Shown here: positions 1 to 10,446 of the stretch, one piece after another | Layout: each line of letters begins with the position of its first letter | Numbering within the stretch: the stretch's first letter is position 1 | Assembly: GCF_000143415.4 (NCBI RefSeq) | Contig: NW_003314285.1 | Span: forward strand, 771,370-835,369 | DNA: 64,000 nucleotides | Reading direction: 5' to 3' | From: Selaginella moellendorffii | Lineage: Eukaryota; Plantae; Lycopodiophyta | The notes under the pieces: generated by a model | The model's database searches: none | What the model was told of the DNA's origin: nothing | Seen by the model: the letters and a program-made list of their open reading frames with translations, nothing else | Position numbers and translations under genes: made by a program

Positions 1-989
1 TATGATTTGCCATACTGATTACAATGCAAAATTTCCTCTACAGGTTAAAGTGATGACACTGAATACAACTAATTACATTACATGAATTTCAAATATAATC
101 AAACTCCAGAAATATAAAATGCTAGAACATTAACACACTCGAACGCAAACGCAAACCCAAACAACTCAAACTCTAGATTTTAGAATATCCTATATGCTAT
201 TGACATGTTTGTGTATGTAGGTGATTAGGTTCTGAAAGTGCCACCTTGGTCACATATTCAGAGGGATATATCTACATGCAAAGATTACATCGAAATGTGT
301 GAACCACCACCTGCCTTCCTCGGTCCATATGCCCACAATCCTGTGCAGCACACAAAACGAGTTAGAGGAGAGGGGGAGGGAAGAGAAAACTCACTGCTCT
401 GCTACATACTCCCACCACACGGGGACTTACTGCTACACCTTAGATTGGTAGGCAAGGTATCAGATTTCAGCAAAAGATCAAAGGGCGCAGAAGAAGGATT
501 TTGACTCAATGGTTATGGAACACCTCGGATGAATGGAGCGTATTGGGGATTGCTGTGATGGGATATAGGGAAGGCGTCGATGATGCCAAAGTTATAAGCT
601 GGCTCTTGCAATGCAGTTCTTGAAGAGCAAAAATACTTTCCATATAGTCATTTTCACTGCCCGAATTGTCTTCCAGCTCTCGAGCGCCTCGCGGCGCCGA
701 CTCCAGCGGCGACGACGACGATCGCAGCATCGGCGCAATCGATTTCTTTGCCCGCTCGGCTTCTTCCGGCAAGCGCGCAAACATTGCAGGCGATCTGGGC
801 GATGGCGGCGACGGCATCGATACGAGGTTGCTGCTAGCGCAAGCTCAACGAGCTCCGGGACGACGAACGCGCACAATATTCTGTGGTGAGAAATCTTTGG
901 ATTGCTCTTACTTTTCTCTGGAGCTAAGCTGGATTTTTAGTGGAAACGCCTCACATTCTTCTCACTCCTTTTTTCCAGAACTTGCTTCA

Positions 990-1500
990 ACGTCCAAGGA
1001 AAGATATCGGGAGAGGTTGATTGGTGAGCTTTTGGTTTTCTGTGTTTTATTTTTCCTGCCTGTCATTTGCGTTTCTCTTCTCAAGCGCTTGGACGTGATC
1101 AACGTCGAGATCACGTCGAGAAAGCTGCCGACTACGTAAGAACTTCGACGGTTGTTTTGGAAGCATTCCCGGAGGAGCTGGACAGAGTAAGCCATGAAAC
1201 TTTTAGACACATTGAGCGCTCTTTCTTGACTAATGTTTTCCGCGACCACGCAGTCTTTTGCTGCGCTGGGGCTATTGCTATCGCCGGTGCGCATCATCAC
1301 ATTGACAAGGGCTGGTGTCTTTGCGAGCGCCATTAAGTTAAGTCCGGTCATGAGTTTGCATCTTCTTGGTCCTTTCTAAAATGCGAATTCTTAAAGTCTG
1401 CTACTCGTGGTGGGTGCTTTCGAGTCTAGTGATGCTCGACCGTGTGGACTGGATCGATAAACAGAAGCTCAAAACATTCATTCTCGAGTGCCAATATACT
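990..1500 (+). pseudogene. Rab geranylgeranyltransferase (GGTase-II) beta subunit pseudogene
   Basis: Fragments LLKRLDVINVE, KAADYV, NFDGCFGSIPGG, VFCCAGAIAIAGAHHHIDKGWCLCERH* and [33 protein letters not shown] match the plant RGTB C-terminal half. Frameshifts, deletions and an in-frame stop are present. Confidence 0.85.
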
Positions 1501-1695
1501 CTCACTGTCGAGGCATTTAAATTTCACCTCTTACAAACATGTGGATTGTGTCCCGTTTTGATTCAACCGCTTGTGAAAAGTCCCGTCCTTTCCGATCTTA
1601 TCCAGACGCCACGCCTCGTGCATATTTGGTAAATGATAAAGTCTTCGCACTTTGTATCGATTGCAACGTGAACTTCATGGTAACCTTTGTGTGAT

Positions 1696-2610
1696 CTAAT
1701 AGACCTCCACATGCCACTGTCGGTTTTTCTTCAGTTTCGCAAGTTTGCCACGCCAATCTTCTCCCATCCGCCTTGCAACCTCTTCGAACACCGCTTCCAC
1801 TCCCACCAGCATGTCTTTGCGGCCGCAAAAGTAGATATGGCTGCCTCCATCCAGAAGCTTGAAGATCTCTTCTCCATGCTCCTCCATTCTGTCTTGCACG
1901 TAAAATCTCCCACCCCTCTTATTGCAGCTTTCCCTGCTCAAAGCAGTGTCATATCTAAAGCTCAAAGGGCGATCTCTTGCATATCTCTCAAACTCTTCAT
2001 TATATAGCAGTCTACCAGCTGTTGGAGCTCCCATGAAAAGCCAGGCTGATCCCTCAAACTTGCGAGAACCCATCTTGTCCTCGAGTAATCTCTGCAAGAA
2101 TCCCCGGAATGGAGCCACTCCCGTCCCAGTGGCAACCATGATATGAGAATCACTCGGGTTACTCTCATTCAATAGCATCAATTTCCCAAACGGACCAACG
2201 AGATCGACCTTGTCACCCGGCTTGCAATCGCACAAGAAGTTACTGCAAACGCCCTTCTTGCTCGGATCTTCCTCCCCGGTTTGAGGATCAACATAGATCG
2301 CTCTCTTCACGCACAAGCTCGCGCTCCTCCCGCTGAGATCGTCGCCATACCTAGAAGAAGCAATGGAGTACAAATGGTATGGATGGCGTGTTCCTGGCCT
2401 CTTTGAATTCTCGCCAGGGGGAAGAATTCCATAGCTCTGGCCTTCCCAGAATGGAACATTACCGCCGTGGTCAATGACGATGTGGGACACTTGACCGTCT
2501 CTAGTCAGTCGCTGAATAGAGCTGACCGTGGCTGTGTATGGCAATTGCGATGTGTAGAGATGGAATGGTGGTTTGTTACCACGCTCCAGTAACTTTAGTA
2601 GCCGAGACAT
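1696..2610 (-). CDS. Ferredoxin-NADP+ reductase, root-type-like, intronless, no apparent transit peptide
   Basis: 304 aa. Motifs HIVIDHGGNVPFWEGQSYG, LYSIASSRYGD, GVCSNFLCD, ATGTGVAPFRG, YVQD, YFCG and C-terminal WHVEVY. Confidence 0.93.
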   Translation of the reverse strand: MSRLLKLLERGNKPPFHLYTSQLPYTATVSSIQRLTRDGQVSHIVIDHGGNVPFWEGQSYGILPPGENSKRPGTRHPYHLYSIASSRYGDDLSGRSASLCVKRAIYVDPQTGEEDPSKKGVCSNFLCDCKPGDKVDLVGPFGKLMLLNESNPSDSHIMVATGTGVAPFRGFLQRLLEDKMGSRKFEGSAWLFMGAPTAGRLLYNEEFERYARDRPLSFRYDTALSRESCNKRGGRFYVQDRMEEHGEEIFKLLDGGSHIYFCGRKDMLVGVEAVFEEVARRMGEDWRGKLAKLKKNRQWHVEVY

Positions 2611-2764
2611 TGACCTAGAGTTTTAGACCTAGCTCTTATATTTTAAATCGTCCCGCTCAAAACATAGGGTTTATCAAAAAGGGAAGGGAGAAAGGGGACG
2701 GGCGATTCATTCTGCTAGGTCGAGTATCGATTCCTGTAGATCTTCTCTGCTGCAGATCTTCTCT

Positions 2765-3710
2765 TTGCGATACTTCTCATCTCTGTGCTATATTTTGCTT
2801 TCTCGCAGCTGTGAGCAAGAGATTTCCTGTCAACGAGGTAGATTTCTTGATATCTCGACAGATCGCGAGCTTCTCTACAGATATTTCGGAGAGTTTCTCA
2901 TTCGTTTCTTGCAGATTTCCCCATCGCCGGTCGATCGCTCGCCATGTTTTCTCTCCATCGATACAGGTAATAAGCAACAAGCTCTCCGAAATTTCTACAC
3001 GTCCTATGGCAGGAATCTCCTCAACAAGGTCAAGGTCCAGCGTCACAATGCGGGTATAGTAGATCCGAGTAACAATATTAAGCAGGAGATCTCATCTTGG
3101 AAGTGATCGTCTCGTTTTAGCACTGGATCGCCAGAAGATCGAAGTGGCAACGACGATCGATGCTCAGCCACTCCAGAAGGCCGACGCTGAAACTGGTAAG
3201 TCGTGAGAATCCAACGCATGGTAATGCCGTCTAACTTGAAAAGTTTCTGTGACCAGATGCCGCCACCACTTACATGAAGTTCAAGAAGGACGTGATGGAG
3301 AATCTCGAGCTGCCGGACCTGGACAGCTATGGAGTGGACTTCGTGGAGCGTGTGTACAGTGAGTTCCTCCTGCGCGACAACGATCTCAACGAGCAGCAAA
3401 GGAAGCGCCTCTACGACGTTTGCTCTGCTTATCTGGGGAATGGCAATTCATCGCCTTGGAGCGAGTAAACCAAGGTAGGTTTCTTTGATGGATATGCTCA
3501 AGAGTGATTCACGCCAATGTTCTTTTAGTGGCAACACGGCATTTTTGTTCGACTAAGTCTTTCGGTTCAATTCGAAGTTCTCGTACTGACAGGTATTCAT
3601 GCGTGTGTGGCACTGACTTTTTTTGGCGTGCTTTCACAGCGAAGACAAAGTTCTCAAGCTACCGTGAAAGGTAAATCCTCGGATTATCAAACAACTAACT
3701 AGTCCAACTT
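2765..3710 (+). pseudogene. Unknown multi-exon gene or pseudogene, duplicated at ~22630-23335
   Basis: Coding-like segments (LRNFYTSYGRNLLNKVKVQRH; KFKKDVMENLELPDLDSYGVDFVERVYSEFLLRD) with GT-AG sites and stops. No family recognised. Confidence 0.35.
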
Positions 3711-3949
3711 TTTCACAGAACCTATGCCTCGACTATCATCACTGCTCCATCGTCCGTAACATCACTTTGAGCGTCACCGCCTCTTCTTGTTTCGCTCGCT
3801 TCTCCTCCAGCCTCCGCGGTTTCTTCGCAATCCTTCTCTTCCTCGTCGGTTTCTTCCGAGCCATTCGATGGATCGTCATCTTCTTACCCTGCTTCCGTCA
3901 CTGAGAATGGATCGGCATTTCTCACCCATCTTTGTACAGCATCGTGTTG

Positions 3950-4900
3950 TGAGCGTCAGCATAGCAAGCGTATTGAGACACATCACTGGCAATCGCAGAG
4001 CGCTCATTGCAAGCATGTGGCCGAGCGTGTGGTGCTTGGGATACTTTGGCTTTCCAGGAGTATTGTCGAGCTGTGAGAGATAACACTGATCAGGCTGATA
4101 AATGGTAAGGCATTTTTCAAATTCTTGCTCTTCATTTCCTTGTATGCTCTCTCAGCCTGCGCAAAAAGTTTGTTAACCAGCTTCGAAGTTCTCTTCCAGC
4201 AGGACGCGAGCTGTTGCGGAGGCTCCAATAAAAAAGGCTCAAGTGCTTGTATAGACTTTTAGAGCTGCCTTGAGCCTCCACCCTTCCGAGGCACTTCAAC
4301 AGAAGATCGAATGTGAACGAATTGGCCGAAAGACCAACCTTTGTATGCGACTGATATAATTCATGTTTCCTGTACAAGCACAGAAGCGCTCAAAAGAAAA
4401 ATCAACGCACATATATCTTAGAAGTGTTTTTTTTTTTTGCTGTCGATGTTGCCTTGCCAGGAGCATTATACGTTTTACCGTCAGGGAAGTTGCATTTCCT
4501 TGCTGTAATGCTTTCTCGAGATCAACACTTAAGCATGAACTATAACGAACGGATATCTACCTGCATCGTCTATACGAAGAACGTGTTGGCAACAAGAAAT
4601 CGAAGTGTTGTAAGTTTGAATGCTTATTGGTTCCTTGGTTTGCTTCATTGTGAACGCAGGATATCACACAGACGGCAAGCAGCCATTCAAGGCAAGTACC
4701 TCGTAGATGGTAAGTGCTCGTTCTCCTTACAAGCGAGCATAAGAAATGAAAGAAAACACGAAGAACTATCTACATGTACCTTCGTTTGCACTCCGGCAGT
4801 CTTTGGTTCTTCCAATATCTTCAGACCGATTCAGCCTTCCTGATGGCTTCATTGAATTGCGTGATATTGTTCTGGAAGGAAGAAAACCTAAGGAAGAGTC
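3950..4900 (-). pseudogene. Degenerate P-class PPR gene fragment
   Basis: PPR-like pieces (GLSANSFTFDLLLKCLGRV, AQAERAYKEMKSKNLK) are broken across frames. Confidence 0.4.
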
Positions 4901-4973
4901 ACTGAGCTCATACCGGAAGCAAAAGATTCTCACTCCTTTATGTAAAGTTAATTAGCAAATATTTAGCACTAAT

Positions 4974-5047
4974 GGTTTTGTGGTGTAGTTGGTCATCACA
5001 TCAGTCTAACACATTGAAGGCCTCCAATTTGAAGCTGGATGAAACCA
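4974..5047 (+). tRNA. tRNA-Val(AAC), degenerate and probably a pseudogene
   Basis: GGTTTTGTGGTGTAGTTGGTCATCACATCAGTCT-AAC-ACATTGAAGGCCTCCAATTTGAAGCTGGATGAAACCA follows plant tRNA-Val(AAC). The T-loop/B-box GGTTCGAA is mutated to AATTTGAA. T-runs lie downstream. Confidence 0.85.
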
Positions 5048-6274
5048 TAAAAGTTTTTACTTTTATATTTATTTTTGTTGGCTATCAATTTTAATTTTAA
5101 TTTTTTTTCTTACTTCATACTTCACTTTTTCTATGCTTGCCATTTCAGCTTCAAAATGTGGAGGCACCTTTGTCAATGGCAGTGTTTCATACCACACAAA
5201 TCCATCCCTTGACCACTGCTACTATATATAAACTATTGCCACCATAAGCACAATCATGGTAGGAATCATTCAATCTGCAATCCTCCTTGTAAACATTAAT
5301 TGGGCAGTGGAATTGTGATTGCATTGTGAGAGAGTGTTAAGCACCAGTTTGACCACGTGGTCAACGTGGGTCAAAGTGAAGTTCAAGGGTTTATTAAGGC
5401 ATGTTAGGGTAAGGAAAAAAAAACTTTAGAGCTTTTGACTTTAAAAAGAGGTATAATATAATTTAGGGAGACTAGATTTTATCTTTTAATGCCGGATCTT
5501 AACATTAGTATCAAAGGAAGTTAGTTGCAATGAGAATTTTATTATTCATAGTGGTGCCAATGATAGTATCGATAGAACTGCAAAAGTTTGGATTATTCAA
5601 AATGTTGTTCATAAGTTTCGAGTTCTTAATCAAAGTCAATAAATTTGTGATTCAACTTGTTATAACACTCGATACAATCCCTTTCACAAAGCAAAAGCCC
5701 CTTATACAAATTATATACCATATGATTGAAAAATGAAAAACACCAAATCATCCACTTTGTATTCTACATATATTTTACATATAGATAATGATAGGAATTG
5801 TATTGTTATTATTGTCCCACTTGTATTCAGCTTAAGTGTTTAGTAGGCTCAACTAGTCCACTTGTACACTGTTATGAATATGACTATGGGTATTGAAAGT
5901 TATTTATCAATAAGTCTTTTTAGATGTCCTTTTTTTATTGCCACAACAATAGGAGGTTGGTATTGCTAAAAGATTTTTCAAACTCCACTCAAGCTAGTTG
6001 AAAAATTGGTCATCATGTTTGTACTTATGCTGAATAAACATAAGGTAGGAACTCATATGTGTTTCTTACTAAGTATATTTGGCTCGATACAAAAAACTCA
6101 TATATTAGCTTTATAAACAATTAAAGGGAATAACTTGAGAGATGTTCTATATAAGTTTAAATATAAAGGGAGAAGGCTCATGAATAAAAGTGCATCTCTT
6201 TTTCCAATCGGTTAAGGGTTTTAGGATATTTGGGGTTTAGTGGCATCCTAGAAGTCTAAATTCAAAAGCTTATA

Positions 6275-6960
6275 AGCTTGCACTTGTTAGTGTTGGGAAC
6301 CCCTATGGTATTGAGTTTGGTCCCTCAATAATTGCTAGGTGATAATTTACCATATTTACCAAAACACTTTTACTATCATGCCCTTTGTGTTGGTTCCATT
6401 TTAGTCCTATTAGCTATTTATGGAAAGTGTCTAAATTTACTAATTGGGCATATCTATGGAATGTAGAAATTATCCTAAATATAATGGTATTGGTCTCATA
6501 TCTAAATCCACAATTTAGCATAACTTGATATTTAATAAGTTTTAAGCTTGTCTCAAAGACTAACTCTTGGTACTAAGGGTAAAAACCCAAGCAGGCATTC
6601 TTCTGGGTGGGGGGTTCTAAATATATAATAAAGATATTAGGTAGGTTAGGTGTGGCTGACCAACCTAAAGCATAGTCTATCTCTTGTTTGTATGTTTGTC
6701 TTTATTTTACATTTGGCTTAAATTTAAGCTTAAGTTTTGTACTATATTAGTTGGTAGAGTACCTATATCTTTGTGTTATGCCATTGGTATGCTGAAATAG
6801 TGTTAGGTTCTGTTTGGCACCATTTTGCATGCTAGTTCTGGCATTGAGATGCTGGATGCTCTAGAATTATTCCAACATCATTCTCTACTTTTGTTCCTTC
6901 GCTCCTTGCGTTGAACGCTCAAAAGTCACTCTGTGCTTCAATTTCTTCACTCTTTGGTTG
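6275..6960. mobile_element. Old diverged LTR relic of the same family as the 9300-16545 element, in opposite orientation
   Basis: Its reverse complement aligns by eye with several LTR segments, e.g. ctatcatgccctttgtg, ctatttatggaaagtgtc and ggtatgctgaaatag. It runs into the N gap. Confidence 0.75.
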
Positions 6961-7678
6961 NNNNNNNNNNNNNNNNNNNNNNNNNNNNNNNNNNNNNNNN
7001 NNNNNNNNNNNNNNNNNNNNNNNNNNNNNNNNNNNNNNNNNNNNNNNNNNNNNNNNNNNNNNNNNNNNNNNNNNNNNNNNNNNNNNNNNNNNNNNNNNNN
7101 NNNNNNNNNNNNNNNNNNNNNNNNNNNNNNNNNNNNNNNNNNNNNNNNNNNNNNNNNNNNNNNNNNNNNNNNNNNNNNNNNNNNNNNNNNNNNNNNNNNN
7201 NNNNNNNNNNNNNNNNNNNNNNNNNNNNNNNNNNNNNNNNNNNNNNNNNNNNNNNNNNNNNNNNNNNNNNNNNNNNNNNNNNNNNNNNNNNNNNNNNNNN
7301 NNNNNNNNNNNNNNNNNNNNNNNNNNNNNNNNNNNNNNNNNNNNNNNNNNNNNNNNNNNNNNNNNNNNNNNNNNNNNNNNNNNNNNNNNNNNNNNNNNNN
7401 NNNNNNNNNNNNNNNNNNNNNNNNNNNNNNNNNNNNNNNNNNNNNNNNNNNNNNNNNNNNNNNNNNNNNNNNNNNNNNNNNNNNNNNNNNNNNNNNNNNN
7501 NNNNNNNNNNNNNNNNNNNNNNNNNNNNNNNNNNNNNNNNNNNNNNNNNNNNNNNNNNNNNNNNNNNNNNNNNNNNNNNNNNNNNNNNNNNNNNNNNNNN
7601 NNNNNNNNNNNNNNNNNNNNNNNNNNNNNNNNNNNNNNNNNNNNNNNNNNNNNNNNNNNNNNNNNNNNNNNNNNNNNN
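6961..7678. other. Assembly gap (N run)
   Basis: Run of N. Confidence 1.
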
Positions 7679-7828
7679 AATATCAGATCATGGCAATATA
7701 AAAGTTTATATAGTGAAGCACTAACAAAACTTTGTACCCTTATAATATATACATCCCAAATAGATAGCAAATAACCATCTTAATTCGAATGTTAAAAATG
7801 AAGGAATAGAGCTAAACTCTCAAGTTTG

Positions 7829-8070
7829 CAACCAAAGAGTGAAGAAATTGAAACACAAAGCAACTTTTGAGCGTTCAACACAAGGAGTGAAGGAATAGGG
7901 ACATAGAATGATGTTAGAATAATCTAGAGCATCTAGCATCTCAATGCCAGAGCCAACATGCAAAATGGTGCCAAATGGAGCCTAGCACTATTTCAGTATA
8001 CCAATGGCATAACGCAAAGATATAGGTACTTTACCAATTAGTATAGTACAAAACTTAGGCTTAAATTTAA
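7829..8070. repeat. LTR-relic fragment, inverted copy of ~6720-6960
   Basis: caaccaaagagtgaagaaattgaa...acaaaacttaggcttaaattta is the reverse complement, with mismatches, of the sequence left of the gap. Confidence 0.8.
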
Positions 8071-8479
8071 TATATATACTTGATTGAGGAGAAAGTATCT
8101 AACAGTAATTGCATACATACTAGTAAGAGTACTAATTTCCACCTAACGAGTCAAATAGTCAAAGACAATAATAACATATTCATGGCTAACAATTGACCAT
8201 GGAAACAACCCCATCAAATAAAATGCCACTAACTCAAATAAACAAGAAGTTGCAATTTACTCTAATTATCTTTCTGTAATATGAAGGTGAGTATTGTGAG
8301 CTTGGCATTAAACATAGCTATACATATACTGTATAACATTATGTCACATGTTCGGCCAATAGAAAGATCTATGCAATTTTTCAATCACACAACAATGTCC
8401 TATATAGCCACTTAAAATAGGAGAATTATGATAGATATGGGGAAATCATGGAATACACACTATTAGTCGTAAATGATCA

Positions 8480-9060
8480 TTAAGATCAATCCCCAAAAAA
8501 TAAATAAAGTCATCCTCAATGCAATATTAAGAATGTAAGTTCCAAAACAGTAAGTTATCAGTAAAGGATGAAACAACATTCAGATTTAGGGCTCAACCAT
8601 TTGAGGTTTACAATCCTCATTAAGAAAAGGTAAGTTTTACTCTGCACTTTATGGACACTAAACATTAAATATATTAACTACTAATAGTATGGAATCTTCA
8701 TTTAAAAAATTCAAAGATTTTAGAATAAAAAATTCATTAAGAATAGGAGAAGAGAGAAAAGAAGGGAGAAGAGCTTGAGAAAAAGCCTTAACATTAAATA
8801 TAGAACTCCTTGGGTAATAAATAACTTTAAAATCATATATTTAAAGCTTCAAAACCCATTAAGCAATATGACTAATCAAATTCTTCTGTTTCAATAATGA
8901 AATAATTGCAATATCATCACTTTATAGTAATGTCTAAGACCTATACAAATGCTTTTTTAAAGCCCAAACTACTACTAGACACTCATTCTCTATTGTGGAG
9001 TATAATTCACCTTTACTAATTGTAATGTATAGTTGATATATATAATAGAATGATGTTGAC
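8480..9060. repeat. AT-rich dispersed repeat, similar to ~24300-24970; continues beyond the LTR insertion at 16560-17160
   Basis: Shared strings gcaatattaagaatgtaa, cactttatggaYaYtaaacatt and ctaattgtaat. Confidence 0.6.
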
Positions 9061-9299
9061 TAGGAACACTTGTGTTTTCTTGTGTCAACACACTCCTAAT
9101 ACTGATATTAAATCATCTATATGCAAAATAAAAAGTCAAGTGTTTTCATGGTATATAATAATTATAATAAACAATAGCTTTTGTAAATCTTTATAATAAA
9201 TTTTGTCGATCAAGATGTTTATGGGGGGCATCAAGTGCTTGAGGATTATGAAAGGTTCCAAAGCCATTGATCTACTTATAATGTGGATCTTTAGACTGT

Positions 9300-10446
9300 T
9301 GTAGCGTACGTGGTTTTGACCCTTTATCCTATGGTGATTTACCATAGGATAACACCACGAAGCGGAACCTAAACCCTCTTTGTGCCACGTGACAGATGCC
9401 ACGTGTCACATACCACGTGTCCGTGCCACATGTCCATAGGAACCTGAGGTTCAGGGCCTTGGGCCACTGAACGAAGGAACGGTGCCAAACTCCCAAGCGT
9501 GACGCCAAGGAGTGATGGAACCGGACCACGGAGCAACTCCCGAGCATATAGCCCAAGGAGCGAAGGGACAGGAGCCCGGAGCGACTTAGAACAGTCCTGG
9601 AGCAACCAGCATCCCAATGCCAGGACCAGCACGCAAAACGGAGCCAAATGGAGTCTGGCGCTATTTCAGCATACCGGTGGCCTAACGTGAGGATATGGGT
9701 ACTCCACCAGCTAGCATGGAATGGAACTTGGGCTTAGACCCAAGCCGGACGCAGAACAAGGACAGGCACGCAAGCGGGAGCTAGACTATGCCTCAGGTTG
9801 GTCGGCCATGCCCGACCTACCCACTATCCCTACTATACATTTGGAACCCCCCACACCCCCCCCCCCCNNNNNNNNNNNNNNNNNNNNNNNNNNNNNNNNN
9901 NNNNNNNNNNNNNNNNNNNNNNNNNNNNNNNNNNNNNNNNNNNNNNNNNNNNNNNNNNNNNNNNNNNNNNNNNNNNNNNNNNNNNNNNNNNNNNNNNNNN
10001 NNNNNNNNNNNNNNNNNNNNNNNNNNNNNNNNNNNNNNNNNNNNNNNNNNNNNNNNNNNNNNNNNNNNNNNNNNNNNNNNNGAAATGAGACTAACACAAA
10101 GGGCATGATAGCGAGGGTGTTTGGCAGACACAGTAAGCTATCATGTAGCGATATTGAGGGACCAATCTCAATACGCGAGGGTTCTTATCAAGCCAGTGCA
10201 AGACAGAGCAAAAGAGAACTAACAAGCCGGGCCGAGTATGCTCAGCTAAATAGACACTTAGGAATTCCTTCCTTATGCTCATCCGGCCAAGTACAGATGC
10301 AAAGTCCAGTTTACTAACACTTGAACAAGAGGGACTAATAAAGGGTCCAGCAATACCGACCTCCTGCTATCGTGGCAGTAAGGTAAGAGTGTCCGTAAGG
10401 ACTGGCCGACAGATAACTTTCGATACTTGAAGTCACATTCACGACA
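9300..10446 (-). repeat. 3' LTR (contains an N gap at ~9868-10081)
   Basis: Highly similar to 15428-16545 and adjacent to the PPT. Confidence 0.95.

Noticed and set aside
506-1139. GC-rich overlapping ORFs (506-817 minus, 666-1139 plus)
   Set aside because: Low complexity and no recognisable family; may be a gene remnant but cannot be supported.
6911-7774. Long ORFs across the N gap (also 9721-10317)
   Set aside because: Artefacts of translating N runs.
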